A DNA stretch of 64,000 nt, from the NCBI GenBank assembly GCA_976226885.1, contig OZ320322.1, forward strand, positions 41,044,001-41,108,000, read 5' to 3'. Each line of letters starts with the position of its first letter. Position 1 is the first letter of the stretch. Shown one piece after another: positions 1 through 12,588 of this stretch. The notes beneath the pieces are model-generated. The model did no database searches, was not told the DNA's origin, and worked only from the letters and a program-made list of their open reading frames with translations. This DNA comes from Iphione sp. A-MEVVRFRX5. Lineage: Eukaryota. The position numbers and the translations under genes are program-made.

Positions 1-699
1 TAAACGCACACCAACATACAAACAAACATACAGTTACCTCCCGAGAGCACAAACAAGTTAGTGACATCGACTGGTCGCCCTATACCAAGAAAACCACTGT
101 AGGACGAAGCATCTCCAGACGAAACGTCCATCGCTGCAAGAAGACGCATGTAACAAGCACCCAGTGCTCCCTGCTGGGTGTGGATCTGCTGCACTTAACT
201 TAATCACCTTAGATGTTGCTCTTTGTGGCCGTATCGATTAGGCCCTCCGTGTTACCACCTTTATTGAATTGGTGGCAGCTGAGTTCACGTTGTTACGGCC
301 TGGGCAGTAAGTGACGTTATGTCATCAGGCGGTTGATCAGTCCAGTTAGCTAAGCCGCCTTCGGTCGCTCACCACCCGCCATTAAGACTCGTGCAGGACG
401 AAGATGGCCGACTGACTCAGGCCGGCCGACCATTTGAATATCCCTCCCCACCCACTACATGCGATTTCCTCACCGACAGAAGAACATTCCTCCGCCCTTC
501 TGGAGGCATCATTCACCATATACCACTCAGCCTGATCCAGTCTTGAATTGTAGGGGGGATTAAGTCGGCTTAAAGCTAGCGCCGCATGTTTCCACCTGTG
601 GCCCCCCATCCCCACCCCCGGTTTGTAGCTGGGCCTGCCTATGACACATGGCTGTGGTAATCTGGGCAGTGATAACAGCCCCGTGTGTAAGTAGTATAT

Positions 700-2216
700 A
701 TGGCGAGGCAAGATTGGCCGGGTTGACAGTGTTGTAGGTGGTGGTGGTGACCGCGGCGAGGAGGGAGCCAGACCCGCGCTGGCTGTAATTCTACTATGAA
801 GGATGGCATCCTCAAGTGAACCCTAGGGGGAAGGAAGCGATGGAAGGGAGGATAGGGGAGCGGACAGGATGGAGGGATAAAAGGAAGGAAGAAGAAGGAG
901 TTAGACATTGAGGAGATATGAGAGGAAAGCAAAGAGAAAGATAGAGAAGGTAGTAGGATAGGGAGATGGGAGATGTTTTCAGGCACGGAGTGAGTACTGG
1001 GAAGGGGAAGGGTAGGTTGATTGATGGGACGAAGGCAGTGTGGAGGTAAAGGCTGATGCGAAAGGAGATTTGGTTTCAGAAGAAGGAAGCAACGTTATAT
1101 GTTGTATTGAAGGAAATATTGGGTTCAGAGGGAGAGGAGGAAGAAGTAAACTGCATCAGAAGTAGGAAGTAGGAGTGTCATGGACTGAAGAAACAGGAGA
1201 GAGGACTGCTCGGTTTAAGGGCGAATGGATCTATAGTGGGGAAGATATCGCCGTGGGAAGAGATGATAAAAGGAGGGAAGAAGAGAGATATCACGGGAGA
1301 TATCGGAGTGAAGGGAAAGGCTGAAGAGGATTGGTTTGAAAGAGGAAAGGTAGTTTACTGGGAGAAGGCATTTTTTAAGAGGTAAAAGTGTGGTGAGAGA
1401 AGGGACGGGAAGGTCTGACGTGAACAATTTGGTCGTGGGGAGGAGGGAGGAAGGTGGGACCAATTCTATTTGGGAGAGAGGGAGAATGATGGGAAATGAT
1501 CTGAAGGGAGGGAGTTATCAGAAACCTGATTGCAGAGGGAAGTGGGTATAACGGGAGAAGCTGGGATGTGGCTGGAGAATGGTGGAAGGACAAAACATAA
1601 TGGAACTGGCTGGTAGGTATCGTGGGATAACGTAGGCTTAGGAGGGGGAAGGGATTTTGAGGAATGCTGTGTTATGCAGGAATCGAGGTATGGAACAAGA
1701 AGGTTGTCATGGGGAGGGAGAGACCTCCGGTGAGAATACATGATTTGGTTGACAGAGACATGGAGGAAAGCGATTCAATTGCCTTCAGGGAATGAAGAAC
1801 ACTGTTTTGGAAATGGAGGGGGGGGGGGCACAGGTAAGCGTTCGGTTTCGAAAGAGGAGGGGGAGTGGGAGTTTATGCAGGGTAAAGATCGGCTTCACAG
1901 AGAGGGAGGGAGCAGGGAGGGGTTCGGATGTCCATGCACATGTACTGTTGGGTTAGGTACCGAGGGTTAGGGCTGGGAGCGGGGGGAAAGCAGGCGAGCG
2001 AGGGGCTCTGTCTCCCTGTGGTGATCAAATCTCCCCGCTCGAGAGCGATGATCTCATTAGGCGCGGCCATACTCCGAGCCAATCACAGTCCGCTCAACGA
2101 GCCTGCAGCACACTAGGCCTCGCAGCACGGTCCAGGCCGTCAGAAGGTCGCCTCTTTTTGATCTACTGTGGCCACTCCGGCGTTTTAGTCACGAACGTCG
2201 TATGCTCGCCATGTCA
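700..2216 (-). mobile_element. Decayed non-LTR retrotransposon remnant (L2/CR1-like), 5' end plus frameshifted APE endonuclease traces
   Basis: The minus strand begins with an ATGGCG-N7-GACGT...CCGGAG motif like the 5' end of the intact LINE. Broken frames give SCILTGGLSLP (~GDFNLP), YLDSCITQH and LPSDHFP (~SDH), in APE motif order. The sense strand is very C/T-rich. No RT motifs seen. Confidence 0.4.
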
Positions 2217-4001
2217 TATTTAGCGTGGGTCACCTACCCGGTGACAGGCATGCCATTCAGCCTTCGCTTGATGCTCTATCACCACCTCCTTTGCAGACGG
2301 CAGGTATTAGGCTGGGGTTATTTTTACGCTCCAAAGTGTTATGGCGCCACTGCTGTCTGACTCTATTAATCAACTGTATATTAGCAAAATGTAAAGTGAA
2401 AGAGAGGTAGTCCACATCTTTGGTGAATTCTCCTTTTACTTAATGAAGAAATTGCTTTAAAATATGTTCACGTTTTACACTATTTTTAACCTTTCGAGCC
2501 TGCTGATGAGATATGAGCACGCATCTAAAACCTTCGATTAAGAAGTAATCTTAATTCTACTTTATCAAATTAGATAATCTAATGACCAGAGGTGATATTT
2601 GCAGGAGCATTCCATGGCTAGGGTTATAATCCCATTAGGCACAAAAGAAGGCAGTGACAGCAATAACGATGAGAGAGCGTCGTTTTCTTTGTCCGTGCCG
2701 AAGCGTTTCCTCCGTAGAAACCTATTTCCAAACGGTGTACTACGAACATCACCAAGCACGTCCCTAATTCGAACCAAGCTTGAGATCACATTCCGATCAT
2801 TCAGGAAGGCTCAAGTGCGAGGGCCATTTTACAAAGGGTCGATTTGAGGCCCGAGTAATGGCTTGTCCCGGTAGGGGGAGACTGTGGAGTGTTCTCGTTC
2901 ATGTTAGCCTGACAGGGGGCACTTTTCTCTCTGTGTGGTCAAGGAAGATAAGCAGCCCAACCTCCCATCCATCCTCCACTCACCCAGCCACCACACCTCC
3001 CACACAAAGCATCCGTATTGTAATAACGTAGCCTTGACTTGCATCTGCACACCAAGCACAAGATTTGGTCCCGCATTGCGCTAACTAGTTCTGGCTAACT
3101 TCCTGTAAATGTGAATAACGCACCGTTTATATGCAAATCACATTGAACGTTGATTTTTGGTTACTGGAACGTGATAGTGGATAGACTAGAGTAATTCATC
3201 AGGAGTCTAACTTAACATTTATACAAGTTAATTCGTAGAAGCTGAAGGATAACCACAGTACTCTTTCTCTGAGGTTTCACGAAAATGCAGATCTACATCG
3301 GCGATCAGCCTATGATGCCAGAGTTTGAATGCTGATTGAACCTTTGCAAAGAGACCCCACTGGATGTCCTTCAGGACTGTTAAAACTTTGATGCGACCAA
3401 ACGTGTGTTAATACGCCCCCCAAACCGTGGTTTTGAACTGTTGCTGACTCACAATGAGCAGTTAATTCGCAGCATTTAACTCACATGCTGCCGGCTTAAA
3501 GCATATTTTATTTACAGGCTCAATGCACCCGTTCGAACACCAGCTAGCGTGATGTCGAGGCCTGTCGAGAATGGGTACTGCGATGGTATAGCTGGGGTAA
3601 ATGAGTTAGGGCGGAGAGCGAAACTGATGAGCTCTATTCACCAACAACCCCCCCTCCCCTGTCTCCCGTGCCACGCTTCAGTGGTTCGTGGTCACAGTGA
3701 TGGAATCTGCCTGGTTACATTCGCACGGCGGGAGAAGTTATTATATGCATTTCAATGCCGATCGACATTCGACTCGGATCTTTCAATGGTAGCTACCGTT
3801 AGAGCCGGTGCTGCGAAGTCGAAAAAAGGACTTCTATATGTGTTGCGAATTCGGCAAATGGCGACTGTACCGCGCACGTTGTTCACATAATGAGGACGTA
3901 AATGCTGAATTTGGCTTCGGTTGTACCGGCATTCGACAGCTAGTGGGAATGTCGGAGGGGGGTGCCTGGTAAGCCCCTGTATTGTTGGTGGAGTGATGCG
4001 T

Positions 4002-4148
4002 CTATGGCATGACATAATATTGAGATGGCATGCCAGTGGAGCCTCTCATTCCTGCTGGTGGTGGTGGCGGCGGCGGTGGCGGCGGCGGCGGTGGTGGTGG
4101 TGGTTGTGGTGCCTCCAGTGAGGGTATACGATGACTACTGATGGCCGG
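4002..4148 (-). CDS. Putative terminal coding exon of unidentified gene (poly-Pro in phase 0, His/Arg-rich in phase 2)
   Basis: Acceptor ttgtatctccccag at 4149-4150; phase 0 reads PAISSHRIPSLEAPQPPPP...AGMRGSTGMPSQYYVMP*. Low complexity, so support is weak. Confidence 0.3.
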   Translation of the reverse strand, partial: PAISSHRIPSLEAPQPPPPPPPPPPPPPPPPAGMRGSTGMPSQYYVMP

Positions 4149-6698
4149 CTGGGGAGATACAAATGCATGTACCTCCAATCACCATCACCATATCCTACGA
4201 ACTCGCCCACCTAAACCCACCCCTACTTTTGCACTAACAACGGTAGCTAACATTTCAAATGATCTTTTTGTTCTGACAGTAATTGGACCTTGGGTGACAC
4301 ACGATCTCTATTTCCCATGTCACGCGTTCGGCTTTTCGAATCTACAGACTCCAACTTCTCCGCAGAGACAATTATGGACATGCAAGTCTTTTTTTACAAA
4401 GCTGCAGCACTCTAATGGGTGTAGTTATTTATCATCAGTACCCTGGTGTTTTTTGTCATAACAGCACCATGAAGCAGAGATAAGGGCCGATAATAGCTAT
4501 GGTAGGTGTCAGATTGACCAAATACTACATTCTTTTTTGCGAGCATGCCATGGCCAGTGGCAATTGCGGTGTAAATCATTAACGAACGAATGACTGATAG
4601 CTAGGTGGGCAGGTGTAGCTGATTACAATATTCCCCTATAGTCCTCTAGATTCCATCCACATGTATTTAAACCTGCGAACCTTTTTGTATATGCTATTAT
4701 ATGCCATGTACATGAATATAAATCGATTTCCGTATGGTTCTCATGCCTCCGGCTCTGTTTGGCTCATTATTCTAATCAGTCAATAGTTGTGTGTGGTTCT
4801 GGTTCTTCAAGGCTCCGTCTCTGGCGCTGTGAGCTCCCCTCCTCGACCTACCATTTTCTTCCGTCATCTTTGCCTCTAAGATGTTTTATTATTTATCGCA
4901 ATGTTCCACATCTGATGCCTTTGGCCGTCCTACGGCCTCTCGAATGCTTCAAGCGGGCGCTAGACGTCACAAAATAGACCGACATGGGCAATACAGGACC
5001 TAACAGAAACACTGACTTCATTTACATTTTGTCTGTCCCCTCATGAATCCCACCCGGGAGGAGTAATATTTTGTTCCTGACACAGGTCTTTGTAGATCTT
5101 TGTTATTTACGTCACATGTCCCTATTGCTTTCCGTTTGGTTATTGCCGATGGCTACGGCGTCAGACCAAGTCCTTCACTTCCAGTGAAAATACCCGTCAC
5201 CTGGTACTTTGTTGTATTATTAATAATCCCACACCCCTTGAGGTGAAAGCCTCACTGATATTACTTTGAACTGCTAACCATTACCCTGATGGTAGGAGGT
5301 AAATTCGGTCAGGAAAATCGAAGAGCCACTTCAAATGAGCCGGCAGGAAATCCATGACCTCCAGCGTATATTCGTATTGTACCCGGCTGTAAATAATGTA
5401 GTATGTTCAAGTCCTCAGAAGGTGCCGCGCTATGATGTAAGGACTTCCAGCTAGTTGCCCACGTTTCTCCGGATATTTCTGGTACCAAAGGTATTCGAGT
5501 ATCTCAAGGCATAAAATATCAATTCTTTCAGCAAATAGTATATGTACATGTACGTTGTTTATGACTGGGTGTGCATTGCGGATTTCCATATCTACACGAT
5601 TGCGGTACATGCTCCGACCATGTACGACAGTTTGATTTTCTTCAAATGTCAACAGTATTAAAAGAGGGAGGCTTCTCTTAGAATGGAACTATTCATTACA
5701 TGCACTCAGTGGTTATAAAAACAGGCTTTAGTTCCATCGGTATGGTTCATTCTTCTTCATGTCTGCTGCTTAACAGGCCGTCAGATGCCTTTTTTATTAC
5801 TTTCATTTGGTTTCTATTGATTTGTTCCTGTTCTGCCCGCATGGGGCAAAGGCCACCATGCATCTTAAATAGGCGTATTTTCAGTATGCGCCCTAAACTG
5901 TATTAAATTCGTATGAAATAGCCTGTATTTTGTACACAGTACAATAGAAATGAATCGGTATGTAAACTATACTAAAATCCATGGTTCTGAAGAACGGAGC
6001 ACACTTTCAGCACATAACCTCCTGCATTTTGAAGTGAAATAAACTCTTTATGAACTGTTTAGGATAAGCTGGAATTACATTATAAAGACTTTCTGGCTGG
6101 AAATTTCGTGTGTGAGTGTAACTTGCTGCCACGATAACTGCTGCTAATTGTGATAGTCCTCGTTGTCTCCTCAATTGAAGGTGTTTCGAAGACGTCCGTA
6201 ACTGATTATTATAGATTGTAGGTTGTCAGGGGAAGAGCAACAAATCAAACTGACAGGTGTGATCGGTACCGAAATAGTCATTCGAATCAGACCAGCGGTG
6301 GACGCTGAGCAGAAGGTTATTTATCACAGAGCGGCATTTAAAATAGTCATGTCATGACTTTTCATCACTTTAATAATTATAGCAGGTGAATTCCCGAGCC
6401 ATGTGGTGGCGATCTCGACAAGAAGCCGGTTAAAAACAACAGGGTCCCAAAGTGTCCACAAGTTGCAGCCAATTGACGAATGATGTGAGTATTCTTCAAT
6501 CACGTCTGAACTGTATGACCCGCTTTGTTTGAGGGAGTCGGTATGCAATCGGAGTAGTGGATACCAACAAAGCCGGACTGAAAATAGCAGTGGAACACTC
6601 GTTTACAGATACTCGTTCACAGATAAGGACTTCAGTATAACAACCAAATGGAGGTGATGGGTGCAAGCCTTGGCAGGAAAATAAGGAGGGAGAGGTAG

Positions 6699-6700
<2 letters not shown>

Positions 6701-6729
<29 letters not shown>
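6701..6729. repeat. (CA)n microsatellite
   Basis: Read directly. Confidence 0.95.
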
Positions 6730-6730
<1 letters not shown>

Positions 6731-7055
6731 GACAAGACAAGGACATCGCGAAATGGTGGAGAGAGAGAGACAGACAGACACGTAGTGGAGAGGATACGTA
6801 AGCACGAAATACCACAGGGGCTACACATATAAATGAGGACACCGGAAAGATTGGAATACAAAGACGCAGCAATGCAAGGAAGAACGCCATGGAGAGATAG
6901 TGAGCCGGAGGTTGAAAGAGTTAACAAGAATAAGTCGAGACTGCCATTGGATTTGGCCTGCCGCATTGCGGGGGCTGGTGACGGGGTGTATTGGAGTGGG
7001 GCAACGGGGTGCCGGTGTGGGCCCTCCGCAGCACCGAGTCCCCGGTCACACGCAC

Positions 7056-7135
7056 CTTGATCCGTGTCCTCCGCATCCAGCCATTGCAGCCATTGCAGCT
7101 GGGGGCCTAGGTTGAGCGTAAGCCATGCGTGATGA
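7056..7135 (-). CDS. Putative 80-nt internal exon (SSRMAYAQPRPPAAMAAMAGCGGHGS)
   Basis: Flanked by tgcag and gtgcgt; phase-0 start is compatible with the exon at 8896-8970; no homology recognised. Confidence 0.3.
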
Positions 7136-7837
7136 CTGCACCACACAGGGATGAATCACAGGAGACGTCCTGTCTGGTCTCAAGTGGTTTGTAACATCTC
7201 AGTCGATCGACTGATATAATTGGACAGGACCAGGCTCCCTCTGTGTGTACATGTATGTTAGTGAGTCTGTCTATAGTCTGTGTTGGTTTTGTGTCCCTGG
7301 TAAATGTTTGTAATGAACGTATGTGATACATAGGAATGGAGATAAGGCAGTGTGAAGAGGGGAGTGGAGACAGCGGCTTAAGAGAGTATGTTATGGCGAG
7401 GCAGCGAATCAAGAAAAGTCAGATTTAGAAGGGAGGACCAGGGTATTTTGCATACACACTTGCAATTTGGGTTCACTTAAACGAAATAGGCACTCGGTAT
7501 ACGTACGGATGTTCTACATGTACAAAGCACTTCAGTCAGGCCAGTCAATCAAACGGTATTATGAGAAACAAATCAATAACGACCCTCAGTATTTGGCCAA
7601 GACCGGCCTCCATTATTTGGGCATTGCTTCACACGCTGTGGAAATAATTCGCACTACGGATTCTCGGTGCGGAGTAATGTTGGTGCTGGATTCCATTTTG
7701 GAGGCAAGCCACAAGGGAAAATCCCTCCTGTTTTGCTACTTTTTGAAGTCTGGGAGGTGGCATGTAGTACTTGGTTAAGAGTACATTTATGCCTCTGTGT
7801 TAGTGCTCGGTGGTAACAAAGGTACATTAATTGGCAA

Positions 7838-7847
7838 ATCATCATCG

Positions 7848-7880
<33 letters not shown>
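7838..7880. repeat. (ATC)n microsatellite
   Basis: Read directly. Confidence 0.95.
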
Positions 7881-8599
7881 CCATTAACCTTATATAATCA
7901 TCAAAAATCTACTTACAATGATCATGCGGATGGCGTGCTTCAAATAGATTAACGATGTTTAACAAGACCAGGATAAGAATTAATTATCTAAATTCAATTT
8001 GTTGTTACTCGATGAAATATTTCAGTGCAAAAGTTCTTACCTGCCAGAAGTTCATCTGTTAGTTCCGGATCCTTTTCCTGACAATAACAAAATCACAGTC
8101 TGCTTACTATTCGACCACTTAATAGTTACATGTATAGATATAATAACCAAGCAAAATTCATTTTTCAACAATAACTTTTTGAACGAGACCATTCTTCAGT
8201 TCAGGTCAGCACTAATTATCTCAAGCGTGTCTCGATATAAATAGGCCTTCTATTTTGAAATTGCCGGTGAATAATAGGTTAGCGGACAAAACATTTTCGG
8301 ATTAGAATGCTTATCTTAATATTAATTTGAAAATTTTTGCTGCATTTACAAGGTTGATGTTCGAGCCGTCAATAGCCTAAAACAAAAATAACTATTGTGA
8401 CATGAATATAACACAATATCTTTGAGATCTACTAGGTGGACTCCTCGAGTTCTTTAAGCAGGGCGCTAAGCTCAGTAACCACACCTTGAACTTACTTAGA
8501 GGACACACATAAAGTGGGCGAGTTCTACGAGGTAATTAAAAGGTAAATAGATTGTGGTCCACCTGTGCGACTCGCCAGCCTGACGACAGCTATTATCAG

Positions 8600-9930
8600 C
8601 CAAGTTATGGCTAAGTGGAGTGTCGTCAGCGGCGAGGAGAGTCTCCAGCCTGAACCGTGGGAGAGACGGTGGTGATTGTGGTAGGCACACGGAGGACTTG
8701 TACTGACTGGGAGACCAAGGAGGGCCGGTCAGCGAGCGCTACCAGCGTGTGGGTGTAATAGTGGTGCTGCTGGTGGCCGTCGTGGTGGTGGGGGCAAATC
8801 ACTACATTGACAGTATGTAAGTCAGCCAAGCTGACCGTCAACAGGAAGTCGTCGTCCGCAGCGACGACCGCGTTACTCAGGTAGGACTCTCTTACCTTTA
8901 GCGTATCGTCGGCGTTCCGCAACGCCCGCGCCGCCTGCTTCTCCGCCAACTGGCGCTCGGCGTCGGCCATCTTTGCACGGGGGGAGAGCTGTTCTTAGCC
9001 GCTCCGAGCCACTCCAGCGCTGCTGCTGCCGCTCCTCTTCCTCCTCCTACTACTACTGGTACTCCCGCGCTGCTGGTGTTTGCGACGGTAAAGGTGGCGG
9101 CGGCGGTGGTGACGACGACGACGGCGGCGGCGGTGGTGGTGGTGGCGGCAGCGGCTGTGGAGGCACTGGTGGTGTCCTCTCCTCTCCCTCCCCTCCTTTA
9201 CTCCTGCTTCCAATCACTCGACCAGCTTTCCGCCCGGTCGCTGACTTCTGAGCCGCTTGCTCCTGCTGTGTGTTAGGCTCGATGCGCCCAGCTGCTGCTA
9301 CTCTCTCTCCAGCTGCCCGACGACAACCACGAGGAGGAGGAGGAGAAGGAGGAGGAGGAGGAAGAAGAGTAGGTAGATAAACTTGGTGCTGCTCGTGTCG
9401 GCGCTGGTCGAGCAGCAGACACAGCTGCTCGTCCCTAAGGAACTGTTGTCTTGGGCAATGGGGAGGGCAGGGGGGGGGAGCTGTTCGAGCAGCTCCGTTG
9501 GTGGATGTGGATGGGTGGGTGTTGGGAAGAGAAAGGGGCGAGGGTGGGTGCCCCGCCAACAGAGAAAAGGAAGACTGCTTTAAAGAAGGCCTCTGCTGAA
9601 CATTGGGTGTAATAAGCGCGAGCGAACCGCCCAAGACGGCTTCGGTAACCACAGCAGCGGCGGCGGCAACGGCAGCAAGCGGAGGATAGTGGCCAGTGGG
9701 CTGATACCAGGCGAGGGAGACACAGTCAGTGAGGGGTGTGGGCTGGTGCTGGTTGGCGCTGTAACGCCGGCCACAGCACTGAAGGGACTGTGGGCGTCGC
9801 CTCCGTGACACTCTACTGGAGCCAATCTAGCGGCAAAGGCGTCTATAGCTGTCTGGGCCCATCGCTACTTCCTTGGTCTGGAGACGAACCCAACCAACTC
9901 CCCTTCCCCCAGCACCAACCTACTCTATAC
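8600..9930. promoter_or_regulatory. CpG/GC-rich island around the promoter and 5'UTR of the minus-strand gene
   Basis: Dense CG dinucleotides and GGC/GGT/GAG triplet runs against an AT-rich background, directly upstream of the ATG at 8970. Confidence 0.45.
8896..8970 (-). CDS. First coding exon of an unidentified gene (MADAERQLAEKQAARALRNADDTLK)
   Basis: Strong Kozak context (gcaaagATGG), helical-looking peptide, consensus donor AAG|gtaaga at 8895, inside a CpG-rich island. Confidence 0.6.
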
Positions 9931-11778
9931 TACTACCAACCCTCGCCGAGCATCCCAGCACGTGCCAATACCCACTGCTTTCCCGCCATCCATCCCCATG
10001 GCTGCCCTGCTCTCTCGGCAGAATCTACTTACTTAAATGCGCGATCGATCTCGAGGTTATCTTTTATTGAATTAGCCAACTGCTCCTGGAACGGTCGTGG
10101 AAAGAACTCACTCTACCCTCAAGATCACACCGGCAGGTTACATGGTTAGAGCAAATGCATCGAAAGCGCAGTGGTATTCCAGTTCGAACTATACACACAC
10201 AGTGTGAGAGTTCTTTAACGATGCCAGACATAGAGACGCTACAGATGTTCTTCCGGCAAATGTGGGGTATTCAACAGACAAAATGAGAGCTCAGGAGCTT
10301 TTTAGGTACTTTTCTATCCGACGTTCCATATTGATGGCTCTGCATGGTAGATGGCGGGAGTTTTTAGCCCCAACCATTTGGTGTTGGTGCGTTTTAGCAA
10401 CGCCTGCCGCTTGGTGATAGGGCACTTTGATCGCTACCGTCCCATTCCCACAGTGGTAAATACCCCAGCCATACGGTGTACGCCCTTTTTCTCACTGTAC
10501 ATGGAAGGGCTTTATGTCTTTGCTGTATCAAGGCAAAGAAGTAATCTGAAAATTACATATAACAATAATCATCATCATCATAATCTTATCAACGTTTTCT
10601 CCTCTTTTGACTCTATCTTTTACCGTGTCTAGAAGATCCTAATGTTAAAAAAGAGATTCTACAGTCAACTTGAACAGTACCCCACGTGACTGCCCTTCAA
10701 AGTACATACCACCGCGAATAGATTTCGATCTCGTGCACAGTCCCTTTCATTACGCCTGACTTTTGTTCGGCTCCCTTCTGTCCTACTAACTTGCCAAGGG
10801 AGATCTCCAAACTGACTGTTTGACGCAGGGGGTGTGTTCCCCAAATGGTTTTCTCTCAGTGCCTCATTCCATTAGTCAAATTGGCTCAGCGCCTTCCGAA
10901 TAATTACTTCCGCGAGCTTTGGCTGTACACCAGAGAGGAATGGCGTATATAGGAAACAGTGCTAATCATTTTCTTCCGACGTGAATTTATAAAAAAAAGC
11001 TGTGCGATTAACGATGAAAAGTAGACTCTCTTTCTCTTAATACTACGTCTTATCCATGGCCTTTCAGTTATGAAACTTTCCGGACTACACAAAGGGAGAA
11101 CAGCAGCCATTTGAAAAAAAAATCCCGATCTAATTCATGAAAGCAGACAGGAACATAAATACCAGATGGACTGATCCAAACGGTTTCGTGTCTTAGCTCT
11201 CTCTCACGGACTGCATGCGACTTAAATCTCTGCCGATAAGCTTGCATGTCACCCTACATTGCTGTCGTCACGTCATTGCTAAAATTGGAGTATTTCTGTA
11301 GCACTTTCATCCTCTAGTGTACAGAACCTTAGCTGAGCCAGTTCGACTTACATTTCCTAACTGGCAAACATTAACGGCTCCAACAGTATTCTCCTTCTTC
11401 GTTGTTGTCATAGACATTTTGGCCGTGTGTATTTTGCTTGACGAAACTCGCTAGAAATGAATCAAGGCGGATGTTGATTGGCACTAAAACTTTACTTTCT
11501 GTTCAAACATTGACGATAGTGTCATAAAGAAGAGGAGAAACTACTTCACAGTAATCATCGAATGCTTGACTGCCGGTGAACTATCACTGAACTATTTTGA
11601 TACGTAAACATGGCCATACCTCTGAACCACCAAGCTAGTTTCACACTTCCGTGAATATGATTGTATGAATGAGCCACATGGTAATTTGTCCTACCATGGG
11701 GGTATTCGTCTTTGTGACAGTTCACCATTTTAGTTTGGCGGTTTGACAATATAATCTAACCATTGAACCATTTCGATA

Positions 11779-12588
11779 TTTCATCTGGAGGGAACAAAAA
11801 CAGAGAGGAGGACAGATGCTAGGTTGCTGGGTTATGAGATAGATGATGACCTATCTTGAAAAACAATGGCAAACTCAGTTAAGAGGAAAGCGAGACAAAG
11901 GGGCTTAGCATTATCCAGACTAGTGACACGTCTCCCTGTTCGAGACCGGGTAAGAATGTTCAAGACATTCATCCAGCCAATCTTCGATTATTGCATTCCA
12001 TTGATGCTATATAAAAGCAAGAAATACATGGACGAGCTACAGGCAGAATTTAATTGGCAGGTTAAACTGATCATTAAGGGGACCCTCAGAACTCAGAGAA
12101 GTGCACTGTCCCTGTGATGACAGCATGACATAGGGACCCTATGGGATAAGGGCTGGGATCTGTTAGTGAATCTAGTGCACAGGCTGGTAGTGAGTGGGGT
12201 CTGGAGCACTGGGAGAGTAGGAAGAAAAACTAGACGAGGGCAGAATCTGATGATACAGCTAGACAAACCACAAACAGCACTGTATAACATGTCATTAATT
12301 CACTGTGGTGGTCAATGTGGAATGCCCTCCCTGAGGAGATAAAGCTGCATCCCCAGCTAGGGGCTCGTGTTGGTAACTATTTGTAACCAACTGGTAGATG
12401 ACCTTGAAAATGGCATCATAGTTGTGCGATTACAATGGTTCTGTGTCATTTTTAATGATCCCTTATTTCTCCATTGGTATTACCTCTTTTTCCCACTTTT
12501 CTACCACGTTTGCTAGAAGAACTCGTAGTTCCATTGTGTGATGTAATTTTGAGAATGTAAATAAAGTGTTTGACTTTGACTTTGACTT
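11779..12588 (+). mobile_element. 5'-truncated LINE (CR1/L2 group), ORF2 C-terminal part and 3'UTR
   Basis: Reads ...RLLGYEIDDDLS*...RMFKTFIQPIFDYC..., matching the post-RT region of the 924-aa ORF2 (YLGYLIDENL...MAYNGFVLPILNHG). In-frame stops; AATAAA at 12560-12565 and a (TTTGAC)3 tail at 12569-12586. Confidence 0.8.

Noticed and set aside
95-135. Hammerhead-like GACGAAG...CGAAACGTC
   Set aside because: Lacks the CUGANGA core and a convincing stem II. An Infernal search with hammerhead models would settle it.
5400-6550. Protein-like stop-ridden frames on the minus strand
   Set aside because: No recognisable family; could be a decayed element or viral insert but cannot be supported without a profile search.
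8626-8895. Continuation of the 114-aa ORF past TLK
   Set aside because: A consensus GTAAGA donor follows codon 25, so the rest is probably intron.
9053-9811. 252-aa Pro-rich ORF and overlapping short ORFs
   Set aside because: GC-rich triplet runs in the CpG island stay open in several frames on both strands; no domain. Better explained as promoter or 5'UTR.
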